Part shown: piece after piece, positions 47,397 through 57,054 of the stretch
Position numbering within the stretch: position 1 is the first letter of the stretch
Layout of the letters: each line of letters begins with the position of its first letter
IMG/VR virus record: IMGVR_UViG_3300035547_000249
Direction: 5' to 3' (one strand)
DNA: 64,000 bases
DNA from: a virus
Lineage: Duplodnaviria; Heunggongvirae; Uroviricota; Caudoviricetes
Translations under genes and position numbers: made by a program
Notes under the pieces: generated by a model
What the model was told of the DNA's origin: nothing
The model's input: the letters and a program-made list of their open reading frames with translations, nothing else
Databases searched by the model: none

Positions 47397-48768
47397 TTGC
47401 CCTGAGATATTAACAAAGAGACTTGTGGAAACATTAACACACGATAACCCGGAATATGTGAATGCAAAAAAGTATGGTAACAGTGTTTATGGAGTACCAA
47501 AACTAATATATAATTTCAGATTCGATAATCAGAAAAACATAGTGATACCAAGAGGTATGATGGATGAATTACTCTATATTTGCAAAGAATTAGGTATAGA
47601 TGTATCTAATATTGATGATAATAGATCAGTAGTTGATACTAAATATATATCTGATAAAAATCTTGCTTATAGAAATTATCAACTTGATGCTATGGTAGAA
47701 TTGGTAACTAATCACGATTATGGTATATTAGTGTCACCTGCTGGAAGCGGAAAAACTATAATGGGTTTAAGTCTTCTTCCAATACTTATGCAATCTACAC
47801 TATGGTTAACACATACAGATGCGCTGCTGAATCAAAGTATGGCTAGATATAAAGAGGTATTCCCAGATTTTGAAGAGGAAGATATAGGCATAATTGGTTC
47901 AGGAGAATGGACTATAGGTAAAGTTATAACCTTTGGAATGATTCCTACATTAATCAGAAATCTTGAAAAACTGTCAGAAATAAAAAATTCTTTCGGATTA
48001 ATGATATTGGACGAAGCCCATCATAGTCCAGCTTCTACATTTAAACATATTATTAATCAGATAAACTCAAGGTATTTTTATGGATTAACAGCTACTGCTT
48101 ATAGACTAGACGGATTAGAAAGTGTTATGTTTCAATGTATAGGACCAATAAGGTACGAAATACCTAAGGAAGAGGTAGTATCTCATGGAGGTATTATTCA
48201 ACCAAAAGTAATAGTAAAACAGATATCTTTTGGACCTATAGTTGATGACAACAATGTACATAGAATATCCAAAAACTACATAATAAACAATAATGAGAGA
48301 AATAACTATATAGCAAACGATGTAGTTGAGGAAGCCAAAAAAGGTAACTTTTGTATTGTTGCGTGTGGGACTAGAAGGCACTGCGACATACTATACAAAA
48401 TAATTAAAAAAGATTGGGTGAGGATTGGGGTAGCCACTGGTAAATACAATAAGAAAATAATAAACTCTGTTATAGAAGAACTAACTAAAAAGAGTATAAC
48501 TGTGTTAGTTACAACAGCTGAATTGTTAGGAGAAGGTTTTGATGTTGACTTTTTAAACAGATTATTTATGGCTACTTCATTAAGATCAGAAGCAAAGGTT
48601 GAGCAGTTGGTGGGCAGAATTCAGAGAACCCACGAAGATAAAAAAGACGCATTGATCTATGATTATGTTGATAAGAATATAGGAATTTATAATAATCAAT
48701 TCAGAAGCAGGTTTGGCAATTGTAGATATAATGTGTATAAAAGATTGGGGCTTAAAGTAGTAATATAA
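47359..48768 (+). CDS. superfamily-2 DEAH-box helicase
   Basis: Walker A …SPAGSGKTIMGL…, DEAH box …MILDEAHHSP…, and a C-terminal helicase motif VI-like …QLVGRIQR…. The start is uncertain because the ORF overlaps the upstream gene. Confidence 0.65.
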   Translation: MKIIINNEIRIIDCPEILTKRLVETLTHDNPEYVNAKKYGNSVYGVPKLIYNFRFDNQKNIVIPRGMMDELLYICKELGIDVSNIDDNRSVVDTKYISDKNLAYRNYQLDAMVELVTNHDYGILVSPAGSGKTIMGLSLLPILMQSTLWLTHTDALLNQSMARYKEVFPDFEEEDIGIIGSGEWTIGKVITFGMIPTLIRNLEKLSEIKNSFGLMILDEAHHSPASTFKHIINQINSRYFYGLTATAYRLDGLESVMFQCIGPIRYEIPKEEVVSHGGIIQPKVIVKQISFGPIVDDNNVHRISKNYIINNNERNNYIANDVVEEAKKGNFCIVACGTRRHCDILYKIIKKDWVRIGVATGKYNKKIINSVIEELTKKSITVLVTTAELLGEGFDVDFLNRLFMATSLRSEAKVEQLVGRIQRTHEDKKDALIYDYVDKNIGIYNNQFRSRFGNCRYNVYKRLGLKVVI

Positions 48769-48804
48769 AATTAACAACTCAGAAGTCAGCACGGAAAGGC
48801 TTCT

Positions 48805-49989
48805 ATGTCTAGTATTAAAATAAAGAAATCATATCTCATGACATCTAATTCTGGTAAATATCAAAATGAGAATGGTTTAATAAGAATTCCAGAAAAACTA
48901 ATGTCCAGTATAGGATTGTCTGTAGGAAAATATGTCAAATTAATGTCAACCAATGGCAGAATTATTCCGCTTATGGTTGACTTCGCGTATAAAGAGGACG
49001 AAGAAATAGACAATTATATATGTTATGTCACAGACAGCGTGTTTGGGGACGTAAATATAGACGGTACAAATTACTCGAAAATAGAAAAAACACGAGAAAT
49101 CACTCTTGGTTGCGATCCAGAATTCTTTTTCGTAGATAAGAACAATGGTAACTTATTAAGAGCTAACTCGTTTTTACATAAATATGGTGAAGTTGGAAAT
49201 GATGGTATATTGGTTGAAATAAGACCAAGACCAAGCACAACTCCAATTGGCTTATACAAAAACATAAAAAAATTACTATTATCGACAAGGGAAATAATAA
49301 GCCATAATACCATATATAATCACGAAGATATCATGTTATATGGAGCGTCATCATATAAGAATATAGAGGCAGGTTTCCATTTACATTTTGGATTACCAAA
49401 CAGATTATTAGGCAAAAAGCCAACAAGCATAGCTGTATTAAGACAAGTAGCGAAAGTTATGGACTATTATATAGGTATGTTATCTGTGATATCTGAAGGA
49501 AGTAGTGATTGTAAAAGAAGAACTTCAATGTATGTTAATTATGGAAAACCAAGCGATTTTAGAGTAGATAACAGAACTATGGAATACAGAGTTGTAGGTG
49601 GAAATCTATTAAGACATCCAACGCTAACTCTTGGAATAATAACTGTTGGGGCAATAGTGGTCCAAGATATAGTGGATAAGTTTAATTCTTTGACACATGG
49701 TTTTAAAGATCTACATTGGGCCATGAATGACAGGAGGTTATTAGATGTATACCCAAACATAACTAATACAATAAATACTTATAATCTCATATGTAGTCCA
49801 ACTGATTATAACGCTAGATCAGTTCTTGGAAACATAATTAAGGATATAAGATTAATGAGTAAATATAAAGAAAACATGCAACAAACAGAAAACTTTTTTA
49901 CATCTTTAGTAGAAAATTACCAATATTCTAACAATATAGAAGAAAACTGGGGGAGTATCCATCATGGAAAATCAAGTTGTTTTTATTAA
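48805..49989 (+). CDS. amidoligase (GS/GCS2-fold), paralogue 2
   Basis: …ITLGCDPEFFF…, …GFHLHFG…, …TMEYRVVGG…. Confidence 0.55.
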   Translation: MSSIKIKKSYLMTSNSGKYQNENGLIRIPEKLMSSIGLSVGKYVKLMSTNGRIIPLMVDFAYKEDEEIDNYICYVTDSVFGDVNIDGTNYSKIEKTREITLGCDPEFFFVDKNNGNLLRANSFLHKYGEVGNDGILVEIRPRPSTTPIGLYKNIKKLLLSTREIISHNTIYNHEDIMLYGASSYKNIEAGFHLHFGLPNRLLGKKPTSIAVLRQVAKVMDYYIGMLSVISEGSSDCKRRTSMYVNYGKPSDFRVDNRTMEYRVVGGNLLRHPTLTLGIITVGAIVVQDIVDKFNSLTHGFKDLHWAMNDRRLLDVYPNITNTINTYNLICSPTDYNARSVLGNIIKDIRLMSKYKENMQQTENFFTSLVENYQYSNNIEENWGSIHHGKSSCFY

Positions 49990-51688
49990 CGATAAGAGAA
50001 GAAAAAATCTTACTGCACAAGAGGTTAACTACTGGAAATTAAATCTTAACAGAATTCTGAAGGTTGGCGCCGAATTTGAATTTAATCTTCCAGAAAAATC
50101 GTCTGGTTCATGTGAAGGAAATAGTTATGTTTGTTCTTGTAAAAACTACAGGAATAATGAAATGACTTGTTGGAAAGAATGTCAAACGAAAGAAATATGC
50201 GCAAAAATTCCTAACAAGAATACATGTGCTATTAACTTGTCTGGTAAATGTAAGAAGCAGGAGTGCGATAATTGTAAAGATTATAAATTTGTATGTCATG
50301 GAGAAATGTGCTCATCTTTCTCATCACCTTGTCTGGTATGCGACTCCTTTGAACCAGACTGTGATGTATGTAAATACAAGTCCGATCCTAAGAAAAATCC
50401 TGATGCAATTAGAACTATGTGTAGTAATTATTTTAATCCCAGTGGATCATATGGTATTATGAGCTCCTCAGGTGTTCATAATGTTACAACAGACGGATCT
50501 CTTCTTGGCAAAAAAGGAATGGAAGTTATTACTACTGGAAGAAGAATTGATTACTGGGAATTTTTCAATATGTCAAAAAACATTATTGAGAATTCAGTAA
50601 ACAAAGGAGCATATGTTAACGAAAGATGTAGCATTCATATGCATGTTCTTGCCAGCTACTACGGAAAAGTTGTAGGAACTGGAACAGCAAACAATCCTTT
50701 TACAAGTAATCAAGGCCATCCTACCAGAGTTAGCGAACTTGAGAAATCAATGCCAGAAATTATTATGATCAATTTACATCAGTTGGTCAGAAAATATCAA
50801 AACGCTATTACATGGATGACTTCCGGGCTTAGTGATACAGACAAACTAACCAGATGGGAAAAGTTTAGAGTATCTGTTCTTAAAGTGTCTCCTAACAATA
50901 AAAGCATGAGAAGCGTCATCCAGAGCGTTATTGACACATGTGGTGGAAGTAAATACAGCTGGATTAACTATAAGTTCTGTGAGTTTGACGAAAATGATTG
51001 GTTAAAGAGACTCCATGTTGAATTTAGAACTATGGACGGACTTCTTTCTCCGAGTGCGGTATCGGCTTTTGCTTGCCTATACTATGCTTTAATGATAAAG
51101 GCTGTAGAGTTATCAAGATATGGAGTAATTGATATTGATAATTCTGAGGGCGGAAAATGGTTAGAAAGATCCACCATTATCAAAAAAGCTTTGATGAATA
51201 ACTGTTCCAATTGGCAAGAAGGCAATAAATATGGCAGGTTTAGTGATACGTCTGAATTAGGTCCCTTTGTTGAAAAGTTGGTGGCTGAGTCATACGAACT
51301 TATTTCTAACCTTAAACATATTCTGGCCCCAGTAGGTCCTGCATATGAGGTATTGGAAAAACTGGCAGAATCTCCTTGCTCAGTAAGAAGATGTAATGGT
51401 GACTCTTGGGAAAAGATCGAGAGAGACCTAATGGTTGAACTTACTGAAGAAGGCGTGTTCGAATACGAACTCAATAAGCTCATTGACACAAGAGCAGTCA
51501 CAGGTACAAAGAGTGTATCCGACTGGTTAAGTAATGTGTCAGATATTATTGCTGGAATGAATCAGGTTAATACATCTAAAATGAAAAAACAAGAAATCAT
51601 GAACATGATTAACAACTATGTTTGTGAAAAACAATCTAATGGTAAGATGATTTGGGCTGACAAAATTGGGTCTGTCATTTCTATCTAA
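49964..51688 (+). CDS. amidoligase (GS/GCS2-fold), paralogue 3, with a Cys-rich N-terminal domain of about 120 aa
   Basis: …KVGAEFEFNL…, …CSIHMHVLA…, …HVEFRTMDGLL…. The N-terminus has more than 20 Cys in CxC/CxxC spacing. Confidence 0.5.
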   Translation: MENQVVFINDKRRKNLTAQEVNYWKLNLNRILKVGAEFEFNLPEKSSGSCEGNSYVCSCKNYRNNEMTCWKECQTKEICAKIPNKNTCAINLSGKCKKQECDNCKDYKFVCHGEMCSSFSSPCLVCDSFEPDCDVCKYKSDPKKNPDAIRTMCSNYFNPSGSYGIMSSSGVHNVTTDGSLLGKKGMEVITTGRRIDYWEFFNMSKNIIENSVNKGAYVNERCSIHMHVLASYYGKVVGTGTANNPFTSNQGHPTRVSELEKSMPEIIMINLHQLVRKYQNAITWMTSGLSDTDKLTRWEKFRVSVLKVSPNNKSMRSVIQSVIDTCGGSKYSWINYKFCEFDENDWLKRLHVEFRTMDGLLSPSAVSAFACLYYALMIKAVELSRYGVIDIDNSEGGKWLERSTIIKKALMNNCSNWQEGNKYGRFSDTSELGPFVEKLVAESYELISNLKHILAPVGPAYEVLEKLAESPCSVRRCNGDSWEKIERDLMVELTEEGVFEYELNKLIDTRAVTGTKSVSDWLSNVSDIIAGMNQVNTSKMKKQEIMNMINNYVCEKQSNGKMIWADKIGSVISI

Positions 51689-51703
51689 GGAGATAAATAA
51701 AAA

Positions 51704-52543
51704 ATGTGTGGAATTTTTGGAATAGCTGTTTTCGAACACAGCGAAGTTAGGGCTACTGTTCTTAGAGTAATTCTAAGATCTTTAGCCCTAAAGAATGAGA
51801 TAAGAGGTACAAATTCAACTGGTTATGCTTTTACATCCAAAGAAGGGGTAAAAATTTTTAAGTCCCCAGACAAAGCATCTGATTTTGTTAAGATTTCAAA
51901 CTATAGAAAAACATTCAGAGATATGGTAAAATCGGAGTTTGGTAATCCTTACTCAGTAATTGGTCATACAAGACAACAGACTAAGGGCAGTTATCTGATA
52001 AATGTAAATAATCATCCCATTAAGGCTGGATCAATTGTGGGAGTTCACAACGGATATATATCAAACGATGATGAAATATTCGAGTGGTTAAAAACAAAAC
52101 AAGACTATTATAGGAAAAGGGCAGGGCAGGTAGACAGTGAGGCCATTTTCGCTTTAGTAGACTATTTATCCAAAACATCACGTTTCGACAAAGAAGGTTT
52201 TGGATTAAATAAGAACAAATGTGATAACCCAACAACAACAGCTATTATTGATGCAGCTGATAAAATAACAGGCAGTTATGCTTATGCGATGGTAGACTCT
52301 TGCAATGCTAAAATGCTATGGCTTGTGAGAAACCAAGGCCCTATCTCAATTAATTATTACAAAAAAGAAGGTATACTAATATTTTCTTCTATAGCTAGCC
52401 ATATCGAAGAATCTACCAGCATAGCTGGCTTCTCTGACCCAGAGGAAATTAGTTTAGACCCTTTATCAGTAATGAGTGTGAACATAAAAGAGTGTTCATA
52501 TAATATTGATAAATTAGAAAAGAATGTTAATCAAATAAGATAA
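51704..52543 (+). CDS. class-II (Ntn) glutamine amidotransferase, N-terminal Cys nucleophile (MCGIFG…)
   Basis: Met-Cys-Gly-Ile start, …HTRQQTKG… and …NHPI…GVHNGYISN… fit the GATase-2 pattern. RBS AAGGAGA. Confidence 0.6.
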   Translation: MCGIFGIAVFEHSEVRATVLRVILRSLALKNEIRGTNSTGYAFTSKEGVKIFKSPDKASDFVKISNYRKTFRDMVKSEFGNPYSVIGHTRQQTKGSYLINVNNHPIKAGSIVGVHNGYISNDDEIFEWLKTKQDYYRKRAGQVDSEAIFALVDYLSKTSRFDKEGFGLNKNKCDNPTTTAIIDAADKITGSYAYAMVDSCNAKMLWLVRNQGPISINYYKKEGILIFSSIASHIEESTSIAGFSDPEEISLDPLSVMSVNIKECSYNIDKLEKNVNQIR

Positions 52544-52609
52544 TGTGTGGGTGTTGGTATAAGATATACTTACAAAAATCCAATCTTAACACTAGGAGAT
52601 AAATAAAAA

Positions 52610-54565
52610 ATGTGTGGAATTATCGGTGTCTTAAATTATGGAAGTAATGAGGATGAAAACAGAGAATCAGCTCTATATCTTACATCCACTTTAGTAGAAT
52701 TTACAGAACCTCGTGGAAAAGACGCTACAGGGGTAGCAGCTCTTTTTGATGATGGTAACTTTGTCTGCCAAAAAGGTGCAATTAGTGCATCAAAGTTTGT
52801 TGCAAGGTTCGGAAAAGAACCTACAGACTTTAACGGTTTCTTATCTGTGCTTAGACTAAGAGAAGAACCACTTAGAACAGTAATTGGCCATTGCAGAAAG
52901 AAGTCTGTTGGCAGATCGGCCAATAATGCAAACAATCATCCAATTAAAGCTGGAAATATTGTTGGTGTTCATAACGGTACTTTAAAGAACGACGATATCA
53001 TCTTCGAAAAGCTAAAGTGCGCTAGGGACGGACAAGTTGATAGCGAAGCTATTTTCAGATTGTTCGATCATTACACCAAAAATGGTAAAGAACCTTTTAC
53101 CATGGAAATGGTAGAAGAAGTCATAAAAAGGCTTGAAGGCTCATTTAGTATTCTTACATTTAATGCCAACAATCCTAACCAAGTTATTGCGGCAAGGGAT
53201 CAGAGGCCGGCAGAATTTTGCTTTATTAAGCCCCTAAAGCTTATGTTGGTAGCATCAGAAAAGAAGTTTATTGAAAATTCAATTTGGAACTACAATAAAC
53301 TTGCGTATCATTTTAACATGAATGGGTTTATTCAGCTTAAATATGGAGACGTAGAATACTCTACGTTAAAAGATGACGGGGCTGCAATATTTTACTTAAA
53401 TAGAGAGATCAAAGAAGATACAAAAATAGAAGATCTCTATGAAGCCAAAGATATGCCAAAATCTGTAAATAGAATCTGGAAAACTCCAGTTCAAACATAC
53501 AACTATGGTAATACTTACGGCAATAATTATAGACAAAACAATTATGCAAACAGAAACAACACAAACACCACACAAACAAATGTGAATTCGAACGTTAATA
53601 CAAATAAAACCAATGTGAGCACTGATAAAAAAGAAGATTCGAATGATAAAGCTCCCACTGATTTTGTTGGAAGAGTTTGGAGTGCAACTATCCATAAATT
53701 TGTGAAAACTCAAAGCCCTGCTAGACCTGTACTTAATGTTGGAAAAAGCCATACTGTAGTAGATACCGAAAAAAAAGTAATTATGTCGTTGTCTGAGGCT
53801 GCAAAGGAGAATGAGGAAGACAATATTGTAACCACAGAAAATTTTTCTGATATTGACGAAACAAATTTAGAAGATAAATACAAAGAACTGACTGTATCAG
53901 GAAAGTCGGTGGAAAATTGTAAAGATAGTTGTTTCGTTCCAATTTCTTCTATAGAGGCCGTAAGATCAAATAACAGCAAAGTAACAGAAGAAAAAGAAGA
54001 GAGGGAAGAAGAAAATATCCTGCCAAAAAAAGGACAAAACGTACTTTTATTAGAGCATATAAAAAAAGGAGCAAAAAAGGGCAAAGACACTATGTCGGAT
54101 GAGATGAATTTACACAAAGAGTCTAATGAGGCTCTATCTGAATTTGAAAAATTTGAGACAGCAGATGAAGTAGCTGAGTTGTGTAACACAGACAGAAATA
54201 GTTTGGAATCTTTACCTGTCCAATTTCTAGCTAATAGAGTAGTTAGACATGTGTTCAATAAGATATTTGCACTTGGTTGGCTCTCTAAGAAAAAAGATGT
54301 GTATGATTCTGGCATAAACAGCCATAAATACATTATTGCACTGAAAAACGTAGCTTATGCTCTTGATAAGCTAATAGAACATAGATCTGGAGCTCCAATT
54401 GATCACAATGATGTTAAGAAAGTGATAAATGAACTAGGTATATGTAATAAAACAGAAATGGAGCATATTAGTTCGTTATTCAGTAAGGGTGATTTATTAA
54501 ACAATAAAAACATAAAACATATAGTAAATCATTATATTCAAAGCGTCTCAGAAAATGAACGTTAG
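52610..54565 (+). CDS. class-II (Ntn) glutamine amidotransferase domain (MCGIIG…) plus a roughly 400-aa low-complexity/unknown C-terminal extension
   Basis: N-terminal 250 aa parallels the previous gene (…NHPIKAGNIVGVHNGTLKND…). Its 28-nt leader, including the RBS, is identical to that of 51704. Confidence 0.55.
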   Translation: MCGIIGVLNYGSNEDENRESALYLTSTLVEFTEPRGKDATGVAALFDDGNFVCQKGAISASKFVARFGKEPTDFNGFLSVLRLREEPLRTVIGHCRKKSVGRSANNANNHPIKAGNIVGVHNGTLKNDDIIFEKLKCARDGQVDSEAIFRLFDHYTKNGKEPFTMEMVEEVIKRLEGSFSILTFNANNPNQVIAARDQRPAEFCFIKPLKLMLVASEKKFIENSIWNYNKLAYHFNMNGFIQLKYGDVEYSTLKDDGAAIFYLNREIKEDTKIEDLYEAKDMPKSVNRIWKTPVQTYNYGNTYGNNYRQNNYANRNNTNTTQTNVNSNVNTNKTNVSTDKKEDSNDKAPTDFVGRVWSATIHKFVKTQSPARPVLNVGKSHTVVDTEKKVIMSLSEAAKENEEDNIVTTENFSDIDETNLEDKYKELTVSGKSVENCKDSCFVPISSIEAVRSNNSKVTEEKEEREEENILPKKGQNVLLLEHIKKGAKKGKDTMSDEMNLHKESNEALSEFEKFETADEVAELCNTDRNSLESLPVQFLANRVVRHVFNKIFALGWLSKKKDVYDSGINSHKYIIALKNVAYALDKLIEHRSGAPIDHNDVKKVINELGICNKTEMEHISSLFSKGDLLNNKNIKHIVNHYIQSVSENER

Positions 54566-54610
54566 AATGGTGGAAATTAATTGCTAAAATTTAGGAGATG
54601 ATCTACCAAA

Positions 54611-55897
54611 ATGGGAAAATTGTTATTAGTTGTGTCTGATAAAATGGACACGAACAAAAAACCTGATCGGGAGGAAAATATCTTGATCAGGTTGCCGAAA
54701 AAAGCGAGAGAAAGTGTAAATCTCCCTTTAATAAATCTGGGTGTAGGTAAACCAAGATTAAAGGTGTTTGAAGCTTTCTCTCAAGATATAAAATCTGTAA
54801 TTAACAAAGGTATTTGTGACAAAGAAACCATTGGCAACGTAGCTTTTGTTACATCAACTACTTTTAAGAAAGTATTTCCTAATTCTAACGACACATTTGG
54901 GGAAATAAATTACCTTAAAACAACAGATACAGATGAAGTAAATATAACAATAGGTGCCGATCCTGAATTTTTGTTATTTAACGATGAAGGAAATGTCATA
55001 AGAGCAAACAATATTATGGCCAAAGGCGGAAAAATAGGCTCTGATGGAGCAATGGCTGAAGTTAGACCAGATCCATCAGATGACCCTGTCGTGGTATCAA
55101 ATAATATATCAGATATCTTCTCCAATACAGAGCTAATTAAGCCAATTGAAAACTTTATCTGGAAAGCTTCTGTATATTTTAAGGATGTTCAAAGAGACTA
55201 TCCAGTTGGAGGACACATACATCTTGGAAACACTCAATTTGTTGATGGTATTCCTATGCCTACCAGAAACATTTTGTTTTCTACAATGAATAAAATTCTT
55301 GATGAACTTTTGGCGCTTCCTATGATTAAGATAGACGGTAAAGATGAGGGGAAGAACAGAAGGTCAAATTGTCAAATGGCGTTGGGAAATCAGGGCTATG
55401 GATATTATGGAGAATGGAGAATGTGTTCTGGCAGATTAGAGCATAGAACTCTTAGCGGCTTGTGGTTAATGCATCCAACGATTGCGTCTGGTGTATTAGC
55501 AGCTGCAAAAACTATAACAGAGGAGGCTCATAGATTTCTTCTTAGTGGTGGTTATAATCCTAAATTATTTACACACCGCGAGGTTAATACCAAGAATTAC
55601 AGGATTATGTATAACGATGAGTTTGATGGTTGGTCATCAATACCATTGGCCAAAGAAATGGGATGCATTAAATCATCTTCATACATGAAAAACGTACTTA
55701 ATAACTCTACATCTTCATCCATAAATGCCAAATTTTTAAAGAGTTGGTATAACAAGATGAAAAACATGGCTGGTTATAAAAAGTACCCTGATCAGATAGA
55801 TGCTTTACATGAAATATTGTCTATGCCCAGAAAAGAAGTAGTCAAGGTTGGTATGGATATTAAGGAAAACTGGTTAAACAAAAAAGAATTATTATAA
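54611..55897 (+). CDS. amidoligase (GS/GCS2-fold), paralogue 4
   Basis: …ITIGADPEFLLF…, …GGHIHLG…, …RLEHRTLSGLW…. Confidence 0.55.
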   Translation: MGKLLLVVSDKMDTNKKPDREENILIRLPKKARESVNLPLINLGVGKPRLKVFEAFSQDIKSVINKGICDKETIGNVAFVTSTTFKKVFPNSNDTFGEINYLKTTDTDEVNITIGADPEFLLFNDEGNVIRANNIMAKGGKIGSDGAMAEVRPDPSDDPVVVSNNISDIFSNTELIKPIENFIWKASVYFKDVQRDYPVGGHIHLGNTQFVDGIPMPTRNILFSTMNKILDELLALPMIKIDGKDEGKNRRSNCQMALGNQGYGYYGEWRMCSGRLEHRTLSGLWLMHPTIASGVLAAAKTITEEAHRFLLSGGYNPKLFTHREVNTKNYRIMYNDEFDGWSSIPLAKEMGCIKSSSYMKNVLNNSTSSSINAKFLKSWYNKMKNMAGYKKYPDQIDALHEILSMPRKEVVKVGMDIKENWLNKKELL

Positions 55898-55920
55898 CAC
55901 AACAAAAAGGAAATAAAAAG

Positions 55921-57054
55921 ATGAACAAAAAAGACATTTATATTTATTACAGCGGAGCAACTGACATCACCGGCCAAAAGCTTGTAGAAACATTAGGAGT
56001 AAATGGTGGAAAAACAGCACCCAAATCAGGTACCAAAATGGTTATTGGTTGGGGAGCTAAAACCAAGGATAAAACAAATTTCGTAAAATCTGTTACTGAG
56101 GTACTCAATCATCCTGATGCAATCAGGGACAATAGGAATAAGCTTAAGTCAAGCCAAATCATGCTTGAAAAAATTGGAGACAAACATGTGGCTAAGATCG
56201 TTGAAGCCAAGGACGTGTTAGCTAATTTGTCAAGTAAATCAATCAGCCTTCCTCTTATCGGAAGAACAAAATATCATCAAGGCGGAAAAGGCTTCTGGAG
56301 CTGTCCTACCATTGTTCAGGTAAATGAAGCAATTAATTCAGGCGCTAATTACTTTCAAGAAATTGTACCTGTCAGAGATGAATACAGACTTCATGTTTTT
56401 TGCGGCGAGGTAATTCATGCTGTTAAGAAAGTTAAAAGAACTGATGCTGAATTCGAAAAAGCATTCATCGAGGACGAACTTGCTAGACAGAAGTCATTGT
56501 CTTCTAAGAATGGCGATGCGTTTGATGAAGACACTGCAATCAGGTTTCTTAAAAGACAGGCCAAAAGTGCTACTGCTGGTGGAGCCAATATGCTACTCAG
56601 AAGCAATCGTCTTGGATGGAAGTTCTCAATCGTAAAGAAATACGATGATGGATTATCAAAAGTCGCTATCGATGCTGTGGAAGCCATTGGTCTTAATTTC
56701 GGTGCGGTTGACTGTTGTACTGATATTAATGGTAATCATGTTGTTTTTGAAGTTAACTCTGGACCTGGTCTTGAGGCCACTACGTTTGATAAGTATATTG
56801 AAGCATTTAAGGGCTACTTTGAGATACTAGAACTTAAAACTGTAAGCAAAACAGCAACTGCTCAGAAGAATGGTGGTCTTATTAAAAAGACAGAAAAAGA
56901 AAACAAAACTGTTGATAAAGATAAGAAAGTAAGTGAAAAAGAATTCATGAAAATACAAATTTCAAGATTTCAGGACATTTTGGAAGAAACATCTGATGAA
57001 AATATTGAGATTGTCAAGAGACTTGGTAACAAACTCATCTTTGGCGGCCAATAG
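55921..57054 (+). CDS. ATP-grasp ligase (RimK/glutathione-synthetase-like)
   Basis: C-terminal …GLNFGAVDCCTDINGNHVVFEVNSGPGLE… ATP-grasp signature; …YHQGGKGF… glycine-rich loop. Confidence 0.65.
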   Translation: MNKKDIYIYYSGATDITGQKLVETLGVNGGKTAPKSGTKMVIGWGAKTKDKTNFVKSVTEVLNHPDAIRDNRNKLKSSQIMLEKIGDKHVAKIVEAKDVLANLSSKSISLPLIGRTKYHQGGKGFWSCPTIVQVNEAINSGANYFQEIVPVRDEYRLHVFCGEVIHAVKKVKRTDAEFEKAFIEDELARQKSLSSKNGDAFDEDTAIRFLKRQAKSATAGGANMLLRSNRLGWKFSIVKKYDDGLSKVAIDAVEAIGLNFGAVDCCTDINGNHVVFEVNSGPGLEATTFDKYIEAFKGYFEILELKTVSKTATAQKNGGLIKKTEKENKTVDKDKKVSEKEFMKIQISRFQDILEETSDENIEIVKRLGNKLIFGGQ

